The translations under genes and the position numbers were made by a program. Under the pieces are notes generated by a model. It was not told the origin of the DNA and made no database searches. It was given only the letters and a program-made list of their open reading frames with translations. From Antedon mediterranea (Eukaryota > Animalia > Echinodermata), in the NCBI RefSeq assembly GCF_964355755.1, contig NC_092676.1:22958871-23022870 (forward strand): a DNA stretch of 64,000 nt. Reading direction: 5' to 3'. Every line of letters begins with the position of its first letter. Positions within the stretch are counted from its first letter, which is position 1. Positions 51,501-62,343 of the stretch are shown here, one piece after another.

Positions 51501-54500
51501 AACAGATGATGAAGATGATGATGACAATGATAACAGATGATGTTGATAACAGATGATGAAGATGATGATGACAATGATAACAGATGATGAAGATGATGAT
51601 GACAATGATAACAGATGATGTTGATAACAGATGATGAAGATGATGATGACAATGATAACAGATGATGTTGATAACAGATGATGAAGATGATGATGACAAT
51701 GATAACAGATGATGAAGATGATGATGACAATGATAACAGATGATGTTGATAACAGATGATGAAGATGATGATGACAATGATAACAGATGATGTTGATAAC
51801 AGATGATGAAGATGATGATGACAATGATAACAGATGATGATGATAACAGATGATGAAGATGATGATAACAATGATAACTGGTGATAATCGCAAACACAAT
51901 AATTATTCACCACATACAGTAATAACAATATTATAAAGGAGGACCAATTAAAAAAAATGAATTAATTTATATACTCTACAGTATGTACGGCAATAAAATA
52001 TAACAGACGCTTAGTCATGAGCAAGAAATATATTCACAACATGACTCAAAATTTTAAGTAGCTCCACAAGGTATTAATAAGCTAAGTAACGCTGCATAAT
52101 CGCATCTTAAAAGATGAACACAATTACAATAAATCCCCCGCAGCTATTCCCGTAAACAATGCACTTCTTTCATTCATGCAATAACGAACACCTCCAAGCA
52201 TTAAAGAGATAGATACAAAATAAAGTAAAAGATACAGTGTTGTGTCACATTATGAGTCAATTATACTTCGTACCACACACTAACATACATACAGTCTGCT
52301 ATTTTAGCTGAATACGCTGAACTTGGATAGAGAACAGCAGGGGTTATAACAACAACATACCAGCGATGGCAGTTTAGCCTGTAGAGGTCATTATAAAGTA
52401 AAATCGGAAATAATCTCTTAACCAAAAATTCTTCTGATGTTTTTTTAATATCAAAACAAACGTTTTTCTATCCCAAAATGTAACCCAAAGTGTCGAACAA
52501 TAATATGTTTGGAATATTCCTTTTGCAAATAATATTACTGTATGTACTGTAAATACTGTATAAACAAATTGTGTTAAATAGCAGGATACATACAGAACGG
52601 TATTGAATGATGATGATGATGACTATAATGATGTTGATGATGATCAAAATGATGTTGATATAATGATGATGATGACGATGATGATTAAAATGATGTTGAT
52701 GATGATGAAAATGATGACAATATAATGTTGATATGATGATGATGAAAATAATGTTGATATGATGATGAAAATGATGATGATTATGATGACGACGACCACG
52801 ATGTTGATAATGCTGATGGTGAGAGATAAAAGATTATGATTACTAATAAAGATGATAGTGACGATACATGTGATGATTATGATGATGCAATGCAATGATG
52901 AGGAAAAAAGACGATACGCCAACAACCTCAAGACGGCCTACACATTTATACCAGCGATTTCCATTATCATAAATATTATATTATTATTAACTCATTAAAC
53001 TATTCATCAGTAAATCATATGACTAATTCTTGACCTTGCTGTTCACAAACAACAAACAATGCATTACCACACTGTATATGATATAAACACTATAATCTAG
53101 TAGCTAATTGTAACAAACATCATTGGCTGTTACTATCAACAGAAGTAGGCAATTAAAGAAATTGGCAATGATACATTATTCTTTATATGAAAGATAGTTG
53201 TTTTAATGTGTCATTTGTTAGTTAAATGGAAATAACTAAAACCAAACTGAATGATGTAGGTTACATTAGAGTGGATGGATCATATACGAGATCAATTTTA
53301 AGATTTTAATGAAACAGCCAGATAGAAGTGTGGTTATTCAATTTATCTTAATTTGTTTAGTAAATTATATATGTTGTTACAGTTTTCTGTACATTTTTAG
53401 TATGATGTACAGTACATACAAATAATGAATGTTTACGAGTTGGATGGTGAGAATACTAGGTAGGGCTAATTCCAAATGACACTTATTAACCAATCAAATT
53501 GCAAGAATACTATCAGGTGTTTTTATAAAATACATATTAAAGCCCAGATAACAGTTAAAGTGGAACTGTAGCTGGGAGGTCAACATGTTTGCCTAGCAAA
53601 CAAAATTATGGGTCCAAAGCTCAATATAAGAATGTATATCATGAAAATAACCTTGCCTTGTGAGTCTTGCAGTGTTCAAAGCAAAGAGTTTTTGGATATG
53701 TAAACTACTCCATTATGCTTGAGTCTAGCCTTATAAAATTAACTTACCAATGGGGTTTCGTTACCACCAACTAAACTGATTCCAAATTCTTCATCGGAGC
53801 TTCTTTTGATCTCAATAGTCGTTAACCCTCCAGTCTTGATTGCAACAAAGCCTGTATTGTTAAGAGAGACAAGAACAAATACTGAAGATGTTATAAACAA
53901 AATATATGATTGATGATGTATGATTTCACTGTTGTACAAGTATATTATAACAAGAATCTAAAGGCCTCTGGCATAAACAAAAAGCATGACCCTTTTCCCA
54001 CAATGGGAACTTTTTATTTACAGGGGCTCAGTAATCTATAGCCATGTAGCAAGAGAACGTGACATCTGGACTCTCTTATTTCTGACCGATAGTGTGACTT
54101 TCAACCTTAGATACATACTGTACAGTATGTCCAGTTTACAACAATCACCATTGTGCGCTTAACACAAATATCTTACAAGAATAAGAGGTTACCATACTAT
54201 TACTATGATACGGTATCATACCATGTGTAGTACTTAATTCAAACTGCCACTGCTGTGCATAGAAAATCAGTACAGTACAGTTGTAATACTGTAGCCAACT
54301 ACTGTATATAATATTGCAGTGAGATTATAATTAAAATAATATATCTGGTAATTATACAGTTTATTATTATACACTTTAAAATGAATATAGTACTACAGTA
54401 GTAGTACAGCATACAGATCATGCCCAAGGGATTTAATAAACACATTTCATCAAGTCTATGAATGGACACCATAATTAGCTATAATTAGATGCTAACCAGT

Positions 54501-57500
54501 ACCAATGAGCACCACAATCAATGAACACAAGCTAACAAAAGATTTTAATTACCAAAGCTAAATTGACAAAGAGCAATTTCTTTGAGGTTGTATGAAATAA
54601 AATCATATCGCAGTAATTGCTAAATGGACAAACTGCGAAATACATAGTAGTAGCACATACAGTAGTTTTGATATGCAAGGTTTAACAATAACCATAAATA
54701 TTCTTCAATAACTATAAGGAATGATTAAATGTATTCACGATTGAAATACTTCTACCCACTTGTCCTTTGGATGCACATATGCAAGCAAAGTATTTCATCA
54801 AAGAATATAAATAGGTAAAGAATCAACAGTACGCGCTGTTACATATAAAAGGATAGGAAACGCGGACGTGCTTTCATGGATGCGTAAGAATCCAGCAGCC
54901 GAACGACGGCGGGCTCTAGATATGGTTCCCGTCTAATTCCACGTTTGGATGGATCGTGATGATCTGATGTGTTCTTGCGTCTGTGCTCTACTAATTTTGA
55001 TATTATTAATATTTTGATAATCATTTTGATAAATAATCATCGTTTGCATTTTTATAGATAGTTTTACCTTACCCACGCCTGAAGGTGGCGCACTTCTTCT
55101 AGCGAAAAAGAAGTGCGCCACCTTCAGGTGTGGGCAAATAGAAACCCGGATGTGGTTTACGCCGCCAACGGAACTGTTGTATCTTCTCCTTTTTTATTAT
55201 CTTTGATTTCATCAAGCAACAGGATCATCGGAACTGTCACTTAATTGGTCAAAATGAATTGCTTTTTATGAATATATGTACAGTTAAATGAAAAACATAC
55301 ACTTAAGTCAGAATTCATATAACTGTACATTTCAACAGAAAATCATTATAACAAGCAATTGATCAACAATAGATAACTAAAGGTCATTGTACTAAAATCA
55401 TCAAGCAAGAATGAAAGTAAATGAAATGAACTCTATATAAACTCAAAGAAACTACAGTATGCTGGTCTTTAGGATACTGTAGGCCATAACCAACAGTTAT
55501 ATTTTCAACCCGCTATGCACTAAATGCCTAGGATAGGACTAAAGAATCTCTATTAAATCAAGGGCAATAACCTATCTATCTATATAAAGAATGCCATTGT
55601 TAAATATTATTATCAATAATTTAGTTATTTCCTGTTTTAGATGCTTTATGTTTAAATAATAATAACTACTTTCATAGTAAATATATTCTTGGATATGTTG
55701 CAAAGGTTCAAAAGATGACAATTGATAAAAAATTAATCTATTTATTATTCTGCCATTTACAGAAATTGAATGTAAATGTACATTCTTATTGAATAGAATA
55801 TTTTAAGTCAATGTATTTTAATTTTTAACTGTTAAGATCCCTAATGCAGAAAAGGATACATTTACATTTGGCTGTAGGCCTATGGTATTAAACTTGTGCT
55901 TATAGGGGTAAATAGTACATTTCCTGCAATTGTGTCAAAGTTCATGTACCTGACCGTGATAGGAAAAAAAATAATCTGTAAGTCACTTTTTACCTAGTTT
56001 TACTTACCCTTTTGTTTTGTGTTTGGACATTCCCTAATGTGCGACTCCAACGCCGTTCTTGTGCCGCGGAACATGCATCCTTGCGTGGCATGTACACAGT
56101 GCGACATGTTCCCCTTACAGCGATTGGCCAAATGTGCCTCAAGATCAGACCGTTGCATGACATCATCACAGTATGTTGTGTTTGGACATACGACAGGTAG
56201 TTTATCTAACATTCTAAAAGAAAGAACATTTTTTCTTTAAAAAATGCTTTTTTAGAGGGTCCAGAGGGATTACATGCATAAGATAGGACATGGTTTAGTA
56301 ATCAGCACTTATTGTACAATCTTAAAGACTTGCCAAAATTTCACCCTCCACTCCCCATGAATCTGCCACTGAAGTGTTTACTGTTTAATTACAAAACAAA
56401 AAAGGGTTTGTATTTGTTTTTATTGACAAACTAAAATGTACTTTGTTTTTGTCATCCACAACAACAGCAGACATATTTGATAAAAGATCTTTTCTTAAGT
56501 AGTTTGTGACTGTTCAGAAAGTCTCTGACAACCTTTGTTATACCACTACATGCACTTTGTCAAGCAGGCTTAGCAGTCAACTCTCCCATAAAGAGGTCCC
56601 TGCAGGTGGTCTCTTAACTACTGTATTTCTTCCACTTTCAAACAAGTTTGTTTTGGCCTAGAACATTTAAGCTAAAATTATCAATGATCTTGGGGTGTGT
56701 GGCGCAATCACAAAAGGTAGTTATTTTCCCGGTCTGACCTACGGTTCAATGACAGGCTAGGAATGACAGGCATAGCAGCCCAGCAGGTTATTTGATATTT
56801 AAGATAAACAACGTCATTGTTCTTCCATTGTCTTTAAGGAACCAATATCCCTTTGCAATATTATGGGAATCGCCAGAGGCAACATCAACCGCCTTTTGCT
56901 GCTCAGTCTACTGTTATTCAATTGTAAGTTTGGCATGTTTAAATCTCAACACACAAATCTTTAATCTCAACGCAAAAACTTTCTTACAATAAAGGTTAAT
57001 CTCTTACAAAGTTTTTAAAACCCTTGCTGAATTAGCTTTGCGGTCTATAGAATTGCGCTAATTAACATGTAACCTATGCGAATGATTTCTGGGGCTATTA
57101 TTAGTGGGAAACAAACAAAACTAAGGTCGTTGATAAGCTAGGATGAATGTACACAATCTGGTAAATATAGAACCTGTAAAGCTCAGTAAACATGACTACA
57201 GTTCACATAACTTTATTGTATAGGTACACAACACCAGTGTAATTATGAGTAACCTAGCCAATAGGATTCACTGAATGTATTATTTACTCAATGCATTATG
57301 TAGGCTTCAAAACATCCAGTTTGGGTTCATCATACAAACAGATGGCCCCAGAGAAATCTAGTTTTAACTGGGGGCTAAATTCGCTATGTGCTTAATTACA
57401 CTAACATGTCTTCTGGTAGAATTATTGGCAACAACAAACTAATTTTTCCAAACTTTAAAGTTAACTTTTATACCATTTTGGTTTATCCCCGTAGTGGTAG

Positions 57501-60500
57501 AGGAAGTTACAAAGTCCAGAGTTTATCCCAACATGTTAAATATTCATTACAAATTTAACATCCTACTGTTCGTCATAAAATTCAAGCGTTTTGTAGACCA
57601 GTATCTCTGTATTTACAAATCAATGTTTTTAAATTTACGTTTTAAAATAATTATTATAAAATATCTGTTCATTTCTTTAACACTACAGCTGGTCTTTGAG
57701 AAACAACTGTACTGCTGTTAAAATCCGACTTTCTATTCCACAACACTGAACATGAAGTATGCATTTTGTAAAATATAAAACATCTTGTAAATTTAATCCA
57801 TTATTATAATTGAATAGTTGACATACTTTTGAAACTAATCCCTGCGACAATAATTAACTTTGTATTTTGCTTGATTACAATCTGTTTTATCCTACCGTTA
57901 TGTATATAGTGTGCATTGTGAAATTGGTATATGGCATCTGTGTGAATATTGAATTTCACAGGAGAAACTGAAAACTTTCAGAACATGGTTCATCAATTTA
58001 AACAGAGGGTTTAATAAAACAGGGTCCATATAAAGAAATGTCTGAGAAAATATGTTGAGAATTTATATTAGGAGGACTTATTATAAACTTTGATTACAGT
58101 ATAATGCCATTGCATCAAATAAGCGAAGTATTGTATTATGTTAAACCGAATGGTGACTAGAGTTTGGCCAGAGTAGAGGTAAAAACCATACAGTAATTGT
58201 ACTTGGATTTTGAAAATTCAGCTTACAATTCTGTTCAAGTGTACTGTAGTGTAGTTACATAAACTGCTGTGTATTAATTAAATAGGCTTAGAACCTTACA
58301 GTAGTTGTTTGTAACAGTACTAACACTAAATAGTTATTTCATGGAGGTATAACATTAAACTTTATACCTCCATGGTTAGATCAAGTCCGGTGATGAAAGA
58401 AGATGGACATTGGGAAGGGGGAAAAGGTGTTGTAGGGGTGGTGTTTATTCAAACATAGGATTCAACAAAACTAATAGTTTATCAATTCTAGACTAAAAGA
58501 AATGTATCATAACGAAAACAATATTTTATATTTTATAGTACTAAATGTAACCACTGCTTTGTTGAGGGGAAAAGGCACACTAATTATTTAAGATTTTATG
58601 AGCAATTACCAATTTTCATAACAAAAACATGATTCAGATTGCGTCAATACGGTAATATTTCTGGTTTACACTGTTAGCATATTTTCAATTCAAACGACAA
58701 CTGTTGCAATAAAATCCATACAGGTCTGATATTGATCAGGGTTTGGCCTGATACCACATGACAACCTGATTATGAATAAGCCTTTAAACTCAGTAGAGAA
58801 GCTGGCAGACATCATTATATTGATTTCAAATGATATTAAGGTATGAGGTCATTATATTCAATCAATATTATATAATGATATTAAACTGTACCAACAGTAT
58901 TTCAAATTAAGTAGGCTATGTATTTAAGTGGTTTTATGTTACTTGGATTATATCCATTTTAATGAATTTCCATTTATAATTAAGTTAATTTATGCCGCTA
59001 GCTTCTTGCCAGTATCATAATTTTAGTACTGTATTAGCATACAGTACAGTGTAAAAATAGGGACATTTCACTACTCGGTTCAACACCATAATGTTTTTTA
59101 AGTAAGATTTTAAGAATTTTTATAATAATATGTTTTATCTTTTGGATGAATTGTTGAATAAAATTATAATAACTCCAGTCTAAAAAGTATGGCAGTTACT
59201 ATAAATTCTCTAGTTACTTCTATCTATAAAGCAATATTATCATAAAGTTTGTTTATAAATGGAAAACATTTACAAATGGAAAACTAATAATACCAACGGG
59301 CGACAGTGGAATTGAAAATGGCTAAAATGTTTAATTTCCTACAACAATTTCGTAAACATTCTGATTTTAAATAATCAAAACATTTTCAAGTAGGTACTTA
59401 AAAGATTTTTCCCACCAATTGCAATTTTCTTAAGCAAAGAAACTTGACAGATGGTAGGTAACTTAACCTACATTGCTTCAACAGTTTTTATCTATTATTA
59501 ACACTTTCTATAACACCACTACTACAGCCTGGGTGTTGCCAGAACTACAACAGAGGAACCAATCAAGCATAACAAGTGTTATTGGAAAATACCACATTAA
59601 GGAAATCGAATACTACTGTATGATATGGCTAAAATACACTGTAATATCTAATTATGCAATCATTTACATAATAAAGGGATACTTAAAAATGTTATGACTT
59701 CATTAGGTATGTGTATGATATTATGCATTGTTTATTTATTCAGAAAGTGTATAGACTATTTCTTTACCACTGCTCACCACAAAAGCTTGGTACAGTAGTA
59801 AAGTGTAAATAACACAACAAAATTACTGTAAAATTACACAGAAATTAAGTCCATCCATAACGTAATCTCTGTTAATTTCTAATTTGTAAAACCGAAAATG
59901 TACTGCAATATTAGGGAGGTTTCGCAACCTTACGAAGACGATAACGAAAACGGATACGTCATACATTTGTGAAACTTTTGAGCTGATCCCCATTTCATAT
60001 TCGTAAAGCGTATTCGTGTTGACGAATATCACGTCATATTCGTAACTACAAAACGAGTATAGTTTTTGATCTATTTTGCACATTTTGCATTTGAATTAGG
60101 AATGATTCATGATTATAATATAATCATAGATTTATTGAAAGTAATTTACTAAAGTAATTTACTAAAATGCCAGGTCAATTTAGATAAATAGCAGTTTTTA
60201 AAGTCCTCACTCGCTTTGATGTTACGCTAGGCCTAGGCAGCCAAGCACCAAGCAACACGTACCTGCGCTTCGCTCAAATTTACCGCAGTCAAATTTTGGA
60301 CGCGCCTCGATATTTCGTTGTCATGCGAAACAGATTGTTTTATGGCTTACGAAAACGAATACGTGTGCGTGACGTATCCATTTTTGTAAGATTGCGAAAC
60401 CTCTCTATTTATTATGTGTTTTACTTGAAAGTTGTTTTAACTCAACTGTCAACCCTAAAACCAGACATACAGTATTTGGCTAGTCTAAAGGTGTTGAGAC

Positions 60501-60844
60501 AGCTTACTGTACTGTCAGTGACAAAATAAACGCCCGCCAAAAATTCTAGAAATAGACACAAACCAATACCTTTTTATAATTAAGCTGGACGGACGACAGT
60601 CTTGTGCGGTCAAGGGTGACCTATCTACCGGACACTGCCGATGGACACGTAGAACACTTCTGATGCATTTTGCACAGTATGTATGCCCGCATGTCGTGTC
60701 TGTTGGATTAACGAGCGGTTGTAGACAAATATGACAGGTAAGGTCTTCGTCAACCGCTTCTAAATAGTCATAGAGATGGTTGCCCACGTTGTCGTGGACT
60801 TGCCCACATGTCTGGCACAAAACTGTTTGGTTTGGTCTTGCCAT
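42454..60844 (-). CDS. LNX2: Ligand of Numb protein X (LNX1/LNX2-type) E3 ubiquitin ligase: Zn-RING-Zn, extra TRAF-type Zn finger, four PDZ domains; 11 coding exons, 589 aa
   Basis: complement(join 60570-60844, 56008-56213, 53748-53851, 48488-48571, 47364-47551, 46342-46489, 45864-46025, 45138-45260, 44572-44753, 43755-43913, 42454-42592) = 1770 nt, all GT-AG with consistent phases. Diagnostic LNX motifs are CGQVH..GNHLYDY...[35 protein letters not shown] and the C-terminus VVSWPGSLL*. It is likely co-orthologous to vertebrate LNX1/LNX2, so the symbol is approximate. Confidence 0.93.
42651..43012. mobile_element. Two adjacent MITEs in the last LNX intron (42651-~42865 with cagggatcatgt-type ends; 42869-43012 family A)
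   Basis: The first has inverted ctactgcagtt/aactgcattag arms and a relative at ~61795-62073. The second starts taa|agcttggttcccac and ends tagtgggaa. Confidence 0.6.
43483..43702. mobile_element. MITE family B with internal 21-bp minisatellite (partial copies at 46129-46213 and 47600-47745)
   Basis: TIR agctct..ctacactatcaaact / agtttgatagtgtagacagagct|tta; internal (cccaaatatggtagtgatata)n. Confidence 0.8.
43755..43913 (-). CDS. LNX2: LNX exon 10 (PDZ4 N-half)
   Basis: [52 protein letters not shown]; phase 2-2. Confidence 0.92.
44572..44753 (-). CDS. LNX2: LNX exon 9 (PDZ3 C-half)
   Basis: [26 protein letters not shown]...[12 protein letters not shown]; phase 0-2. Confidence 0.93.
45138..45260 (-). 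CDS. LNX2: LNX exon 8 (PDZ3 N-half)
   Basis: [41 protein letters not shown]; phase 0-0. Confidence 0.92.
45864..46025 (-). CDS. LNX2: LNX exon 7 (PDZ2 end, linker)
   Basis: [12 protein letters not shown]...[10 protein letters not shown]; phase 0-0. Confidence 0.88.
46342..46489 (-). CDS. LNX2: LNX exon 6 (PDZ2)
   Basis: [49 protein letters not shown]; phase 2-0. Confidence 0.92.
46663..46816. mobile_element. MITE family A copy in LNX intron
   Basis: tta|tgctttgttcccacta ... ctagtgggaaccaagt followed by ttaa. Confidence 0.7.
47364..47551 (-). CDS. LNX2: LNX exon 5 (PDZ1 end, PDZ2 start)
   Basis: [32 protein letters not shown]...[10 protein letters not shown]; phase 0-2. Confidence 0.92.
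48488..48571 (-). CDS. LNX2: LNX exon 4 (PDZ1 middle)
   Basis: [28 protein letters not shown]; phase 0-0. Confidence 0.92.
50043..51887. repeat. GAT-derived compound minisatellite (31-, 28- and 16-bp units) in LNX intron 3
   Basis: Units gataacagatgatgaagatgatgatgacaat and gataacagatgatg(a/t)t alternate over ~1.85 kb. Confidence 0.97.
52606..52905. repeat. Degenerate (GAT)n low-complexity tract
   Basis: Imperfect gat/gac/aat triplets. Confidence 0.85.
53748..53851 (-). CDS. LNX2: LNX exon 3 (PDZ1 start)
   Basis: [34 protein letters not shown]; phase 1-0. Confidence 0.92.
55072..55134. repeat. Near-perfect 27-bp inverted repeat (hairpin, 9-nt loop)
   Basis: cccacgcctgaaggtggcgcacttctt-ctagcgaaa-aagaagtgcgccaccttcaggtgtggg; 26/27 Watson-Crick pairs. 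Confidence 0.9.
56008..56213 (-). CDS. LNX2: LNX exon 2 (two TRAF/SIAH-like zinc fingers)
   Basis: [68 protein letters not shown]; phase 2-1. Confidence 0.93.
59913..60406. mobile_element. Non-autonomous TIR DNA transposon (PIF/Harbinger-like), 494 bp, 3-bp ATT TSD
   Basis: att|agggaggtttcgcaaccttac...ggatacgtca ... tgacgtatcc...gtaagattgcgaaacctctct|att. Confidence 0.8.
60570..60844 (-). CDS. LNX2: LNX coding exon 1 (N-terminal Zn finger + C3HC4 RING)
   Basis: [17 protein letters not shown]...[24 protein letters not shown]...CPVDR...SSLIIKR; donor AG|gtattg. An upstream acceptor at 60914-60915 implies a non-coding 5' exon. Confidence 0.94.
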
Positions 60845-62221
60845 GATTTTATAAGCAGCTCATGCTCACAAGGAAATCATTTTGAAAAATTCAAACACTA
60901 GAAATATTCAAGGCTAAATTGAAGATAAAAGATAAAAACAATTATTAGGTTAAATATTCTGGCAGTTATAAATTATTTGTAACCTATTATTTTTTTATTT
61001 TGTGGCCAATTTAACAGCTGAAAATCAGATCATCATAATGGATGGCTACAGGTATTAAATTATGATGTTACTGACATCATACAAAAGTAAAATTTTGGTA
61101 AAAATTCTCTTTTAAATTAAATTTCCAGACCAGTATGCTAAGTAGGTTTTCATTCAGTCTGTTTTTAAATAATTGGAGTTATTATTAGAATGCAAATGAA
61201 CATACTGTATAAGATAAATTAAAATTAAATTAATGAAATCTGTAAGTCAATGGCAATGACTATGAATGTTGATGGTACAGTAGGCTGATGCCAGACTACA
61301 ACCTCCACAGTTTTAGTAAACTACTCTGTACAGTACATTAGCATCACACTGGATACTATAAAAACATATTCACAAACGTACAGGTACACTAAAATAATAC
61401 AGAATCATCCCAATTCTAGATTTCGAAGGCACATACATTTTGATTGCATAGAACTTCTACTGTGGACAGTAAATTTAAATAATCAACCATTACTAAGACA
61501 AAATCAATACTTTTAAGAGGGGATGGGGGGGGGGGGGAGTGGCTTCTGGGTCCCTCTTCTCCCTTATGCATACAGAATGCATTGAATAATATTATTAATA
61601 CAGTTATAAGTATACAATTGTAATTGTGTACAGATAATTAACAGATGCCTTTAAATTATAAACCTTAGTATTGAGGTTATTACTGTATGATACAATTAAC
61701 CTCCTGATATTCAAACAATTAATTTCTTTTGTTGTATTAAAAGAGATGCGAGAATTTTACATGTGATTAATATACAGTACAGTTTCAAAATTACAGCTTC
61801 TACTGCAATTACTGCAGTAACTAAATTTTGTTTCCTTTTTAACCTGAATGCAATTATTTAGTCTTTCCATTATGATCTAGGAGTATCCTAGGAACTTTAA
61901 CTTTTCGTGTCTAAGTCCTCCCTTTGGAGAGCAAAAGCTATTGTCTGTTTATCCAGGTAAGCTAGGCACGAAATAGACTGAATCAAACTGAAATCAACAT
62001 TTCAGAAAAAACTACTAGTTTACTGCAGTAAAGTAATTGTAACTGCAGTAGAATCATTTTGACATGATCCCTAAAAACATGGAAATTAAGTGAGCAGATG
62101 AAACCTTAATACCAACCTGTGAAAATTCCTGATACTTTCAAGTTGAAGACACGTCTTTGTTTTAAGTTAAACTGCGTAAAAATGAAGCGTATTAATAGCT
62201 TTAATGAGCAAAGCTTATTAC

Positions 62222-62343
62222 TTTCTCGATGAACAGCTCCGACACGGCAGCGCACACTTTAATTACGGAACAATAGTCGAACTGCAGGATGTTGACCGTA
62301 GAATAGAATCTTTTGTAATCAGTATTTCTCAGGCACTTTCTTT
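62222..62343 (-). other. Candidate 5'-UTR exon of LNX
   Basis: Strong acceptor ttttgttttacag, 122 nt with raised GC and no ATG, donor aa|gtaata. Confidence 0.25.

Noticed and set aside
49942-51928. Three 600-650 aa ORFs rich in His/Ser/Ile
   Set aside because: By-product of a stop-free repeat strand. All three frames give the same low-complexity text, and it lies in an LNX intron whose flanking exons join in phase without it.
62200-62343. CHIC-family coding exon (KRKC motif)
   Set aside because: Only four residues resemble CHIC, and the rest of the frame does not match the conserved C-terminus as I recall it.
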